Position numbers and translations under genes: made by a program. The notes below the pieces were generated by a model. The model worked only from the letters and a program-made list of their open reading frames with translations. It did not search any database and was not told where the DNA came from. A DNA stretch of 64,000 bases from Candidatus Latescibacterota bacterium. GTDB lineage: Bacteria; Latescibacterota; UBA2968; UBA8231. The stretch is from positions 1,504,001 to 1,568,000 of the forward strand of contig OZ242318.1 of NCBI GenBank assembly GCA_965208105.1. Reading direction: 5' to 3'. Positions 1 to 8,442 of the stretch are shown here, one piece after another (position 1 is the first letter of the stretch; every line of letters starts with the position of its first letter).

Positions 1-2
1 CC

Positions 3-656
3 TCCCTGCAGAAGCTGCTGGTGGCTCCCTCCAACCTCCTCCAGGGGACCCTCGAGCGCATCGAACGCGAGTCTGAACACGCCCGCGCCGGCCGGCCGGC
101 CGCCATTATCGCCAAGATGAACGGTCTGGTGGACCCGCAGGTAATCAGGGCACTCTACCGCGCCTCCCAGGCCGGCGTGCAGATCGACCTGATCGTCCGC
201 GGCATCTGTTGCCTGCGCCCCGGACTTCCCGGCGTCAGCGAGAACATCCGGGTCTACAGCATTATCGGTCGCTACCTGGAGCACAGCAGGGTCTTCTACT
301 TCACCAACGGAGGCGACAGGGAGGTCTGGGCGGGAAGCGCCGACTGGATGAACCGCAACCTGCGCGGCCGCGTCGAGGTGGTCTTCCCCATAGAAAGCGA
401 ATCCCTGAAGCAGAGGATCTACGGCGAGCTGCTGAAACTCTGTCTCGGCGACAGGGTCAAATCCCGCATGCTGCAGCCGGATGGCAGCTATACTCGCCTG
501 CAACCGTCCCCTGACGAAGGGGCCTGCGTGAGCGCCCAGGACGCCCTCATGCTGATCGCCCTGGGGCAGGACCTTCAGGCGCCTGGAAACCTCGCCGTGC
601 CCGGCAATGGACAGCCCCGGAGGAGATCCCAGGCTCCTTCGCCAAAATCGCCCTGA
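3..656 (+). CDS. ppk1: Polyphosphate kinase 1, C-terminal part (5'-truncated by window edge)
   Basis: Motifs IIAKMNGLVD, LIVRGICCLRPG, SIIGRYLEHSR and SADWMNRNL..RVE are typical of the PPK1 C2 domain. Confidence 0.95.
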   Translation, partial: SLQKLLVAPSNLLQGTLERIERESEHARAGRPAAIIAKMNGLVDPQVIRALYRASQAGVQIDLIVRGICCLRPGLPGVSENIRVYSIIGRYLEHSRVFYFTNGGDREVWAGSADWMNRNLRGRVEVVFPIESESLKQRIYGELLKLCLGDRVKSRMLQPDGSYTRLQPSPDEGACVSAQDALMLIALGQDLQAPGNLAVPGNGQPRRRSQAPSPKSP

Positions 657-885
657 CCCGCAAAACAGGCCCCGAATCCGCCCCGATCCAACCGACCGGC
701 CCCCTGTGTACAGGTTCGAAGAAGGGGGGCCCGTGCATCCTCCGGCACGGTTCGATCGCCCCGTATGGACGGCCCGCTGCATGGCCCGTTGCGGCCCGGA
801 CCACAAGTAGCGCGGAACCCTTTTATAGCGTATATTTCGGTTGAATTCTTAGCTGGCTTGCCTCCACCGCGGGAAAGTACGTCCA

Positions 886-1638
886 ATGAACTACGACATC
901 AGCGATCTACTGAAGCAGTGGCAATTCGACCCCAACGAATTCACCGCCCGCCGGATCAAGTCCAAAGACGGCACCGAAAAAATCCAGATCCGCATGGATC
1001 TGGGAATAATGCAGCTTGAATTGAATGGCCGTCCCGACGGTCAACACCCGCACGATCACCCATCCCTGCTGGATTACTACGAGACCATCAACGAAGATAT
1101 CAGCCTGGACGAGGAGCAATGCGAGGGGCTATTTCAGGAGGCATGGCAGTACTATCATCGCTACCTGAGCCTGTTCTACCTCGAGGATTACGCGGGTGTC
1201 GTGCGCGACACGGATCATGTTCTGGGCATTTTCCAGACCGTGCAGAAATATGCCAACAGCGAAGAGGTCAAGTGGTACTTCGATCAGTATTATCCCCACA
1301 GCATCATGATGCAGACCAGGGCAAAGGCCATGCTCGCGCTCGGCGAGGACGACTACCAGGTCGCTCTGCGGGAAATTCAGGCGGGCATTGGACAACTGGA
1401 ACAATACCTGGAAGAGTGGGAAGGGGAGGGCCTCGAGGAAGACCTGCCCGAGCTCTCCTTCCTGCGCGAATGGCACGAAGAGGTGGAACAGAAAAGGCCG
1501 CTGTCCAGGCGCGAGCAGTTGGAACGCGACCTGAACGTGGCCGTGGCCACGGAGAATTTCGAGGAGGCTGCCAGGCTGCGGGACAAGATTCAAACCATGT
1601 GGCCCGGACCTCGCCGCCTTTTCAGGCCCGAACACTGA
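886..1638 (+). CDS. Conserved hypothetical protein with C-terminal UvrB/UvrC (UVR) motif
   Basis: C-terminal LERDLNVAVATENFEEAARLRDKI is a UVR motif; N-terminal IQIRMDLGIMQLELNGRPDG. Confidence 0.75.
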   Translation: MNYDISDLLKQWQFDPNEFTARRIKSKDGTEKIQIRMDLGIMQLELNGRPDGQHPHDHPSLLDYYETINEDISLDEEQCEGLFQEAWQYYHRYLSLFYLEDYAGVVRDTDHVLGIFQTVQKYANSEEVKWYFDQYYPHSIMMQTRAKAMLALGEDDYQVALREIQAGIGQLEQYLEEWEGEGLEEDLPELSFLREWHEEVEQKRPLSRREQLERDLNVAVATENFEEAARLRDKIQTMWPGPRRLFRPEH

Positions 1639-1687
1639 AACCCCGTTTCCGCCCGGCAGGCATTTGTGGCGCGCCGCCGAGCGGCCC

Positions 1688-2491
1688 CTAGCCTATACCC
1701 AGCACATCCCACATGGAATAGAGGCCCGGTTTGGCCCGGGCCACGAAGCGCGCCGCCCGCAACGCCCCGAGGGCAAAGGAATCGCGGCTGGTAGCGTGAT
1801 GACGCAGCTCCATGTACTCGCCCGAAGCGCCGAACATCACCGTGTGGTCGCCGGCCAGATCGCCGGCGCGAACGGCGTGTATGCCTATCTCCTTCCGGGT
1901 CCGCTCGCCGACCAGGCCCTGCCGTCCATGGACGGCTACCTCGCCCAGGTCGCTGCCCAGTCCCTCCGCGGCCTTCGCAGCCAGCCCCAGGGCCGAGCCG
2001 CTGGGCGCGTCCACCTTCAGGCGATGGTGCGCTTCCACCACTTCCACATCGTAGTCGTCGCCGAGAATCCGGGCGGCATCCTCGACCAGCTTGAACAGGA
2101 CGTTCATGGCGGTGCTGTAGTTCGGGGCGAAAACGCAGGGAATGGGCTGCACTATCCGGTGAAACTCGGCTAACTGCTCGTCCGAAAAGCCCGTGGTGCC
2201 CACCACCATGGCCGCCTCTTTTTCCGCGCACACAGCCGCGTCTTCGAGAGTGGCCTCGGGTGTGGTGAAGACGATTGCGATCCGTCCCTTCTGCGCCTGG
2301 GATCCGAGGTCGTCGCTCACCTTCAGCCCCATGTGCCGAGAGCCCAGAACCTCTCCGAGGTCCCGGCCGATGGCGGGGTGGCCGGGCCGCTCTTTGCCTC
2401 CAGCCAGCTCCAGGTCCTCGCTGTCGATGATGAGACTGCCCAGGCGCTGCCCCATGCGTCCGGCTACTCCGCATACTACTATGTCGGCCAT
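1688..2491 (-). CDS. dapB: 4-hydroxy-tetrahydrodipicolinate reductase
   Basis: GVAGRMG Rossmann motif, VVGTTG, EAHHRLKVDAPSGSA signature; adjacent to dapA. Confidence 0.96.
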   Translation of the reverse strand: MADIVVCGVAGRMGQRLGSLIIDSEDLELAGGKERPGHPAIGRDLGEVLGSRHMGLKVSDDLGSQAQKGRIAIVFTTPEATLEDAAVCAEKEAAMVVGTTGFSDEQLAEFHRIVQPIPCVFAPNYSTAMNVLFKLVEDAARILGDDYDVEVVEAHHRLKVDAPSGSALGLAAKAAEGLGSDLGEVAVHGRQGLVGERTRKEIGIHAVRAGDLAGDHTVMFGASGEYMELRHHATSRDSFALGALRAARFVARAKPGLYSMWDVLGIG

Positions 2492-2524
2492 GGGCTCCTG
2501 CCTGCCGTTCCGGCTCCAGCCATG

Positions 2525-3562
2525 TCAGTAGGCGCCGTATGTGAGGGCTTCCACCAGATTTTCATCCCCCAGACGGGCATCGATGTCCACTCCGAAGAAC
2601 TCGGCCACCGGCGCAAGTGTGGAGGAATCGCTTTCGTGAGCCTGACGCGCCGCCTCGACAACTACACTGACTCCGGCCCTGGTCATCTTCCCCAGTGGAC
2701 GGCGGCAGGGACCAGAAGGCATTCCCAGAAGGTTCATCAAGGTCTTGACCGCAAGGGGGTTCCGCGCCTTGCACTGCACCGGACCATAGGGAGATTGCTC
2801 GATGGTCGATACGGTGACTATGGCGAACAGCGGCTGCAGCTTTTCAGCCAATTCGTCCGCGGCGGCCCCGTCGCCCGCATTGAGGAGCTCGGTCAGGCGC
2901 TGGACCGGCCCGGGAATCACGTTCGAGGCCACCGAGATCACGCCTGAAGCATTGATACTGTCGCTTTTCATCATGGCCACGGTCTTGTCATCGTCCCCGG
3001 AAAGAATGGAGAAATCGTCGCCGCAGAGCCGCCGGGTCTTGGCCATGTTCTCCAGATCACCGGTGGCCTCCTTGACGGAGGAGACGTTGGCGAACCTGCC
3101 GGCCAGGATGGCCAGGTCTTCTGCCAGCATCATGGTTCCGGTGCGGCCGGGAATGACGTAGGGAATCACCTGGAGTTGGGGGAATTCCCGCGCAACGGGT
3201 TCGACGTACTCGCGCCTTATCTCCAGGGAACTGGGTCCGTTGTAGTATGGATCGACCAGGAGCACGGCATGGGCGCCCAGGTGAGCGGCATGTTCGGAGC
3301 CCGCCAGGGTCTGGCGGGTGGAATTGCTGCCCGTGCCGGCGATGGCCACGCGGTCCTTCGGGACCTGCTTGCAGGTAAGCTCGATCACCTGGTCGTGCTC
3401 CTCCCCCAGAAGGGTCGGGCTCTCGCCCGTGGTCCCGACGGCCAAAACTCCCTGTACGCCGTTGGCGATTTGAAACTCAATGAGCCGCTCGAGTCCGGCA
3501 AAATCGATGGCGCCGTCCTCTTTCATAGGCGTTATCAGCGCGGTATAGCAACCTTCGAACAT
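2525..3562 (-). CDS. dapA: 4-hydroxy-tetrahydrodipicolinate synthase
   Basis: TALITP, GTTGES, PYYN, YVIPGRTG, VKEATG and LSGDD motifs. Confidence 0.93.
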   Translation of the reverse strand: MFEGCYTALITPMKEDGAIDFAGLERLIEFQIANGVQGVLAVGTTGESPTLLGEEHDQVIELTCKQVPKDRVAIAGTGSNSTRQTLAGSEHAAHLGAHAVLLVDPYYNGPSSLEIRREYVEPVAREFPQLQVIPYVIPGRTGTMMLAEDLAILAGRFANVSSVKEATGDLENMAKTRRLCGDDFSILSGDDDKTVAMMKSDSINASGVISVASNVIPGPVQRLTELLNAGDGAAADELAEKLQPLFAIVTVSTIEQSPYGPVQCKARNPLAVKTLMNLLGMPSGPCRRPLGKMTRAGVSVVVEAARQAHESDSSTLAPVAEFFGVDIDARLGDENLVEALTYGAY

Positions 3563-3576
3563 GGGTCATTCCCTCG

Positions 3577-3608
3577 TCCCTTGCGGGAAACTCATCCCTT
3601 GCGGGAAA
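3577..3608 (-). repeat. Tandem 14-bp direct repeat in the dapA leader; each copy is a GCAA-tetraloop hairpin
   Basis: TCCCTTGCGGGAAA at 3577-3590 and 3595-3608 (minus strand TTTCCC-GCAA-GGGA). Confidence 0.8.
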
Positions 3609-3650
3609 GCAGTAATTTTGCGAGCATAACCTCTCTCGGCGGGAGGCAAC

Positions 3651-3679
3651 ATAATAACCAGGCTGTTATCCCTTGTCAA
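3651..3679 (-). promoter_or_regulatory. sigma70-type promoter for dapA-dapB
   Basis: Minus strand TTGACA-N17-TATTAT. Confidence 0.7.
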
Positions 3680-3691
3680 TCGGGGTGGAGC

Positions 3692-4867
3692 ATGCCCTCA
3701 GAGTTGAAACTTCGCTACGGCTGCAATCCCCATCAGGGCGGTGCGCGAGCCTACATGCGCGGCGGCGGCGACCTCCCGCTGCAGGTCCTCAACGGAGCTC
3801 TCAGCTACATCAACCTGATGGATGCGCTCAACTCCTGGCCGTTGGTACGCGAACTCAAGCAGGCCCTGGACCTCCCTGCCGCCGCTTCCTTCAAACACCT
3901 CAGTCCGGCCGGAGCCGCGGTGGCCGTGCCCCTCGACCCACCCCTGAGGAAGGCCTATTTCGTCGAGAAGATGGACCTCAGTCCCCTCGCCACAGCCTAC
4001 GCCCGCGCCCGCGGCGCCGACCGCCTGGCGTCCTTCGGAGACTGGATTGCCCTGAGCGATCGAGTGGACCGCTCCACCGCTCGGCTGATCAAGGTGGAGG
4101 TCTCCGACGGGGTGATTGCTCCAGGTTACGAAGACGATGCCCTCCGCCTTCTCAAAAGCAAGAAAGGCGGCAACTACCCCGTACTGCAGATCGACCCGGG
4201 CTTCGAGTCTTCCGGGTTTGAAAGCCGGGAGGTCTTCGGGGTCACCCTGGAGCAACAGCGCAATTCCTTCGTCCCGGACAATGCCTTTTTCTCGAGAGTG
4301 GTGACCGAGAGAAAAGACCTCCCTGCCAGCGCCCGGCGAGACCTGACGGTAGCGACCATCGCCCTGAAGTACACCCAGTCCAACTCCGTCTGCCTGGCCC
4401 TCGACGGCCAGGTCATCGGCATCGGCGCCGGCCAGCAATCGCGCGTTCACTGCGTGCGTTTGGCCGCCGCCAAGGCGGACAACTGGCGCCTTCGCCAGCA
4501 CCCGGGCTGCCGCAGCATGAGGTTCAAGAAAGGTATCTCGAGGGCGGAGCGCATAAATGCCATAGACCTATTCCTGCAGGAGGAGGCAACCCCGGCCGAG
4601 TTGGAAGCCTGGGAAGCCAACTTCCAGGAGGTTCCCCGGCGCCTCACGACAGAAGAAAAGCGCGAGTGGCTGAACGGTCTGAGAAGAGTCGCCCTCGGTT
4701 CGGATGCTTTTTTTCCATTCAGGGACAATATCGATCGGGCACACAGAAGCGGCGTGGAGTACGTGGTCCAGACCGGCGGCTCGGTGCAGGACCGGCAGGT
4801 GATCGAGGCGGCCAACCAGTACGGAATGACGATGATCAACTCGGGGATCAGGCTCTTTCACCACTGA
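3692..4867 (+). CDS. purH: AICAR transformylase (stand-alone PurH formyltransferase domain, no N-terminal IMP cyclohydrolase domain)
   Basis: LRYGCNPHQ, SFKHLSPAG, KYTQSNS, GAGQQSR, SDAFFPFRD and RLFHH; start moved to ATG 3692 after a GGAG RBS. Confidence 0.9.
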   Translation: MPSELKLRYGCNPHQGGARAYMRGGGDLPLQVLNGALSYINLMDALNSWPLVRELKQALDLPAAASFKHLSPAGAAVAVPLDPPLRKAYFVEKMDLSPLATAYARARGADRLASFGDWIALSDRVDRSTARLIKVEVSDGVIAPGYEDDALRLLKSKKGGNYPVLQIDPGFESSGFESREVFGVTLEQQRNSFVPDNAFFSRVVTERKDLPASARRDLTVATIALKYTQSNSVCLALDGQVIGIGAGQQSRVHCVRLAAAKADNWRLRQHPGCRSMRFKKGISRAERINAIDLFLQEEATPAELEAWEANFQEVPRRLTTEEKREWLNGLRRVALGSDAFFPFRDNIDRAHRSGVEYVVQTGGSVQDRQVIEAANQYGMTMINSGIRLFHH

Positions 4868-4906
4868 AGCCTCGATGCCCGTGGTCCGTGGGGGCATTGG
4901 CCGCTT

Positions 4907-5683
4907 CTACATAATCGGCGCCAACCAGCCTCCATCCACGGGCAGCGCCGTGCCCGTAATCCACTCGGCATCCTCGGAAGCGAAAAACACGCAGGCGCGG
5001 CCTATATCGCGGGGTGTGCCGAAGCGGGGCAGGGGAGTCCGATCGAGCGCGGCGGCGATCTGTTCCTCGGTCTGATAGTCCTGGATGGGCGTCTCGATAT
5101 ACCCGGGACAGATGGCATTGACAGTTATGTTGTCGGGAGCGACCTCTACCGCGGTATCCCGGGTAAGATTCACAACCGCCGCCTTGGAAGGGGCGTAGGC
5201 CGGACCGCTGCCGCCGTGGAATGCGTGAACCGAGCTGATATTGATAATGCGCCCGGCCGGCGATTTCCTCAGGTGCGGAAGGGCGAATTTGGTTGCCGTG
5301 AATACCCCCTTGAGGTTGACCGCCACAACCCGGTCCCAGTCCGGGATCGACAACTCCTGGCTGTTGCCCACTATGGTAATTCCGGCGTTGTTGACCAGGA
5401 TGTCGAGGCCGCCAAAATGCTCGACGCTGCGGATAATCAGTTGGCGCACGGCTTCCGGGTCTCCCATATCCGTGCGCACGAAGAGGCCCTGTGCCCCCAG
5501 TTCTTCAACCTCGGTCACCGTGGAGGTGCGCAGATCCCGGTCGTGGTATTTTCCCCTCTTGGGCTCTTCCTGGATATCGGCCACCACCACCTTGGCGCCT
5601 TCCCGGGCGAACTCCAGGGAGATCCCCCTCCCGATCCCCGAGCTTCCGCCGGTGACGACTGCAACTCTATCTCGCAAACGCAT
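4907..5683 (-). CDS. Short-chain dehydrogenase/reductase (SDR)
   Basis: TGGSSGIG, NNAG, YxxxK (YAPSK) and VDGG. Confidence 0.93.
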   Translation of the reverse strand: MRLRDRVAVVTGGSSGIGRGISLEFAREGAKVVVADIQEEPKRGKYHDRDLRTSTVTEVEELGAQGLFVRTDMGDPEAVRQLIIRSVEHFGGLDILVNNAGITIVGNSQELSIPDWDRVVAVNLKGVFTATKFALPHLRKSPAGRIINISSVHAFHGGSGPAYAPSKAAVVNLTRDTAVEVAPDNITVNAICPGYIETPIQDYQTEEQIAAALDRTPLPRFGTPRDIGRACVFFASEDAEWITGTALPVDGGWLAPIM

Positions 5684-5878
5684 CTTGAATTCTCCTCGTA
5701 TTTGTCATCGTGCCCAGGGGAAGCCCCAACTTTGGACCTTGCATGCGGCAGGCATCGGGCTCGGACGTGCCTGCCTCCCATAACCCGACCACGGCACTCA
5801 TCGCCGGCTCCCTGGAGGCGGAGCCATTTTCCGTTTCGGCCTCCAGGATCCGTTGCCGGTATCGGTTTGATTTTCGAT

Positions 5879-5907
5879 AGTCTAGCTACCTGCAATTTCA
5901 ATGTCAA
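5879..5907 (-). promoter_or_regulatory. sigma70-type promoter about 190 nt upstream of the SDR gene
   Basis: Minus strand TTGACA-N17-TAGACT. Confidence 0.7.
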
Positions 5908-5919
5908 TGAGGAGGGACC

Positions 5920-6558
5920 GTGAGCCGCGGCCACAGATTCCATCCCATTCTTTACCTGCTTTTTATCGCCATCCACGGACCGGCACTAACCGGCTCCTCC
6001 GACCCGGAGGAGCGCGGGGAGCCTGCGGACTGGATAGCACTCGTCCTGGAGGACCGCGAGGCCCGGGACGATTTCCTGCGCAGTTCGCAGGACTCCCCCC
6101 TCCCGGTCCCGCTGCGGCCGGGGTTCAAGGGCCTGGACTATTATCCCCCGGACCCCAGGTACCGCCTGGTCGGGGGTCTCCAAATCTATGGCCAACGCCG
6201 GAAAATACAGGTTCCCACCAACGCGGGTTCCCTGGTGCCCATGGAGAGATTCGGCCGCCTGGTGGCCCGCCTGGAGGGAACTTCTTTCCGCCTGGAGGTC
6301 TATCGCAGCCTGGAAGAGGACGAGCTCCTCGCCCTGTTCAAGGATTCGACCAGCGGCAAGCAGACCTATTCGGGTGGCCGATACGTGCGTCTGACCCCAT
6401 TGGGAAATGGAAGCTATCTTCTGGATTTCAATAGAGCTTACAACCCATATTGTGCCTACAGTCCCGACTATGTCTGTCCCATGCCGCCACCCCAGAACCA
6501 CCTCTCCCTGAGCATTCGAGCCGGGGAGAGAGCCTTTGGCACAGATCTTGCACAATAA
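5920..6558 (+). CDS. DUF1684-family protein with probable signal peptide
   Basis: FKDSTSGKQTYSGGRY and LDFNRAYNPYCAYSPDYVCPMPP motifs; hydrophobic N-terminus. Confidence 0.88.
   Translation: MSRGHRFHPILYLLFIAIHGPALTGSSDPEERGEPADWIALVLEDREARDDFLRSSQDSPLPVPLRPGFKGLDYYPPDPRYRLVGGLQIYGQRRKIQVPTNAGSLVPMERFGRLVARLEGTSFRLEVYRSLEEDELLALFKDSTSGKQTYSGGRYVRLTPLGNGSYLLDFNRAYNPYCAYSPDYVCPMPPPQNHLSLSIRAGERAFGTDLAQ
6537..6552 (+). promoter_or_regulatory. sigma-54 (-24/-12) promoter upstream of the rpoZ-like gene, inside the 3' end of the DUF1684 gene
   Basis: TGGCAC-AGATC-TTGCA is an exact match to TGGCAC-N5-TTGCW. Confidence 0.65.
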
Positions 6559-6630
6559 CTTGCCAGCCCTTATCTTATGTATTTATTTGCTTGATTTCAG
6601 CATTGCAGCCATTGGTGGAGGAATTCAAAG

Positions 6631-6855
6631 TTGAATAGCATGTTTGCCAGAGAGTTGGATTTCAAACTCGAAGAAACGGAAAATACATACGCCGCCTGCC
6701 GCGCCCTGTCCCTTCGTGCCAGGCAGGTCAACTACGAAGCCAGGGAACAGGCTCAGAGCGAGACGACCGAGTCCGTGGCAGGTCCTGCGGTCATCGCCTT
6801 ATCCGACTACGCGAGAGGACGGATCGTCCTGACCGGTGAAGAAGAGTCTTCCTGA
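6631..6855 (+). CDS. rpoZ: RNA polymerase omega subunit-like protein (start may be ATG 6640)
   Basis: About 70 aa; N.Y......(S)LRARQ.N and PAVIALSDY..GRI pattern of omega subunits. Confidence 0.65.
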   Translation: MNSMFARELDFKLEETENTYAACRALSLRARQVNYEAREQAQSETTESVAGPAVIALSDYARGRIVLTGEEESS

Positions 6856-7156
6856 TTTTTCCCTCGGCCAAACCCGGCAGTCCATGGTCTTCATTTGCAA
6901 GCCCCAGCCGCAATCGCCCACAACGACCCTTCTCTTCCTTTTTCACCTCGCCTGCATGCCTGAGTCGGCCACTGATTGACCCGTACCTTGCCGCGACCGG
7001 GACCGCAATTCATGTCGGCAACCTCCAGGATTAAATTTTGAGATTTCGACCTGATTTTTATTATATTACCTCCTCAGCTATCGATTCAGTCCATCCTGGA
7101 ACCTCGGGCATGTCCCGGGGAAAGGGCTCTTTGCGGCGTTTCATGCAGGCGGTTCC

Positions 7157-7687
7157 ATGAAGTTGATTCCGACGATAGTACTTGGGGGTCTCCTGAGCTT
7201 TCAAGCCCAGGTGAGTGGGGATGACTTCGCGCGATCGATTGGAGAGCCGCGAGGACACGCCGAGGATTACACGTTGTTGTTTTTGTTTTCTCCAGATGAC
7301 GCTGTACACCAGCTCCACGCCGAGGAACTGGAGGCCCTGTCCCGTTCCCTCAGGCGGGGCCTGCGGGTCGTTAAACTCAACTGGGCGAAGCAGGCTTCCC
7401 AGGTGAGGGCCAACACCCTGCCGGGTTTTCGGGGGCACGAAAGCATTGGCCACGAACTTTTGAGCGGATCAGGTCTGACCGGGAAAGGGAATCCGCCAGG
7501 CAGCTTGAAGGATCGACTCGGCACAGGAGTGGACCACGCCTTGCTCTTCGACGCCAAAGGCGAGCTGGTCGCCAGCGGATCGGGAGGCGATTTCCGCCGA
7601 ATTGTATCGGCCGTATCCCTGGAGTTGGCCACTCCAACCGAGGTGCAGGTGAGCACCTGGGGCAAGGTAAAGGAATTTTTTCGATAA
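7157..7687 (+). CDS. Secreted hypothetical protein (possibly degenerate thioredoxin-like fold, no CxxC) with C-terminal TWGKVK motif
   Basis: Signal peptide MKLIPTIVLGGLLSFQAQVSG; ends PTEVQVSTWGKVKEFFR. Confidence 0.75.
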   Translation: MKLIPTIVLGGLLSFQAQVSGDDFARSIGEPRGHAEDYTLLFLFSPDDAVHQLHAEELEALSRSLRRGLRVVKLNWAKQASQVRANTLPGFRGHESIGHELLSGSGLTGKGNPPGSLKDRLGTGVDHALLFDAKGELVASGSGGDFRRIVSAVSLELATPTEVQVSTWGKVKEFFR

Positions 7688-7720
7688 AATAATTCTGATG
7701 ATCCCATCTACTGCAAACCG

Positions 7721-7748
7721 GGGGCTTTGGTTCTCAAGCCCCTTTTTT
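7721..7748 (+). terminator. Rho-independent terminator
   Basis: GGGGCTT-N8-AAGCCCC followed by TTTTTT. Confidence 0.8.
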
Positions 7749-7758
7749 ATTTGTTGAC

Positions 7759-8442
7759 ATGTCCATTCCGGAACCTCCTGCTCCAATCCAAATGCGCCGA
7801 AAAGATGGTTTTGCATGTGCCGTGCGCTTGTTGAGCAAGGGGGCTCTACGCTATCATCGGCTGACCGTAGAAGGAGGAGAGCACCTTCCCCGCCGCGGTG
7901 CGGCTCTGGTTTTGCCCAAACACCGGGCTTACCGCGATATCATGGTCGAGGGAGTACTTCTTTACGAACTGACCCGGCGGTATGCCAACTACGTCATGAA
8001 GGTGGGTCTCTACAGGCTTCTGGAACTATCCGGAGGGATCAGGATAGTTCGGCCCAAGGACCTCCGCCGCCTGAAAAACCGGGCAGAAAGAAGAGCGCAG
8101 ATTCTCCGGGCAAGGGAGCACAACCAGGTTGCCCTCGACTACCTGAGTTGGCTTTACAGGGAGGGAGAGATGGTAGTTTCCCACCCGGAGGGCATGCGCT
8201 GCCAGGACTCCCTGGGGCACCTGCAAAAAGAGATCGTCGAGCACATGCTGCAGGTCGAGCAGCACCACGGATTGAGGATTCCCATAATCCCCATCGGGTT
8301 GGAGTACGAAAGCTACAGGAAGCCGCTTTCCCGGATCTATTTCCGGGTTGGTGAACCCTTCTTTTCGGACGAGGTAGGCGATGTGAAGAAGGTAATGGAC
8401 CTGGTGGAAGATCGTCTTCGCGTGTTGAGCCGTTGTGGTTAA
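7759..8442 (+). CDS. Lysophospholipid/glycerolipid acyltransferase (PlsC/GPAT superfamily)
   Basis: HxxxxD block (PKHRAYRD), HPEG.R, IPIIPIGLEY and RVGEP; start uncertain (7759 or 7792). Confidence 0.85.
   Translation: MSIPEPPAPIQMRRKDGFACAVRLLSKGALRYHRLTVEGGEHLPRRGAALVLPKHRAYRDIMVEGVLLYELTRRYANYVMKVGLYRLLELSGGIRIVRPKDLRRLKNRAERRAQILRAREHNQVALDYLSWLYREGEMVVSHPEGMRCQDSLGHLQKEIVEHMLQVEQHHGLRIPIIPIGLEYESYRKPLSRIYFRVGEPFFSDEVGDVKKVMDLVEDRLRVLSRCG

Noticed and set aside
3563-3691. ZTP (pfl) riboswitch for purH or lysine riboswitch for dapA
   Set aside because: The intergenic region is only about 130 bp, is shared by divergent genes, and lacks recognisable conserved cores.
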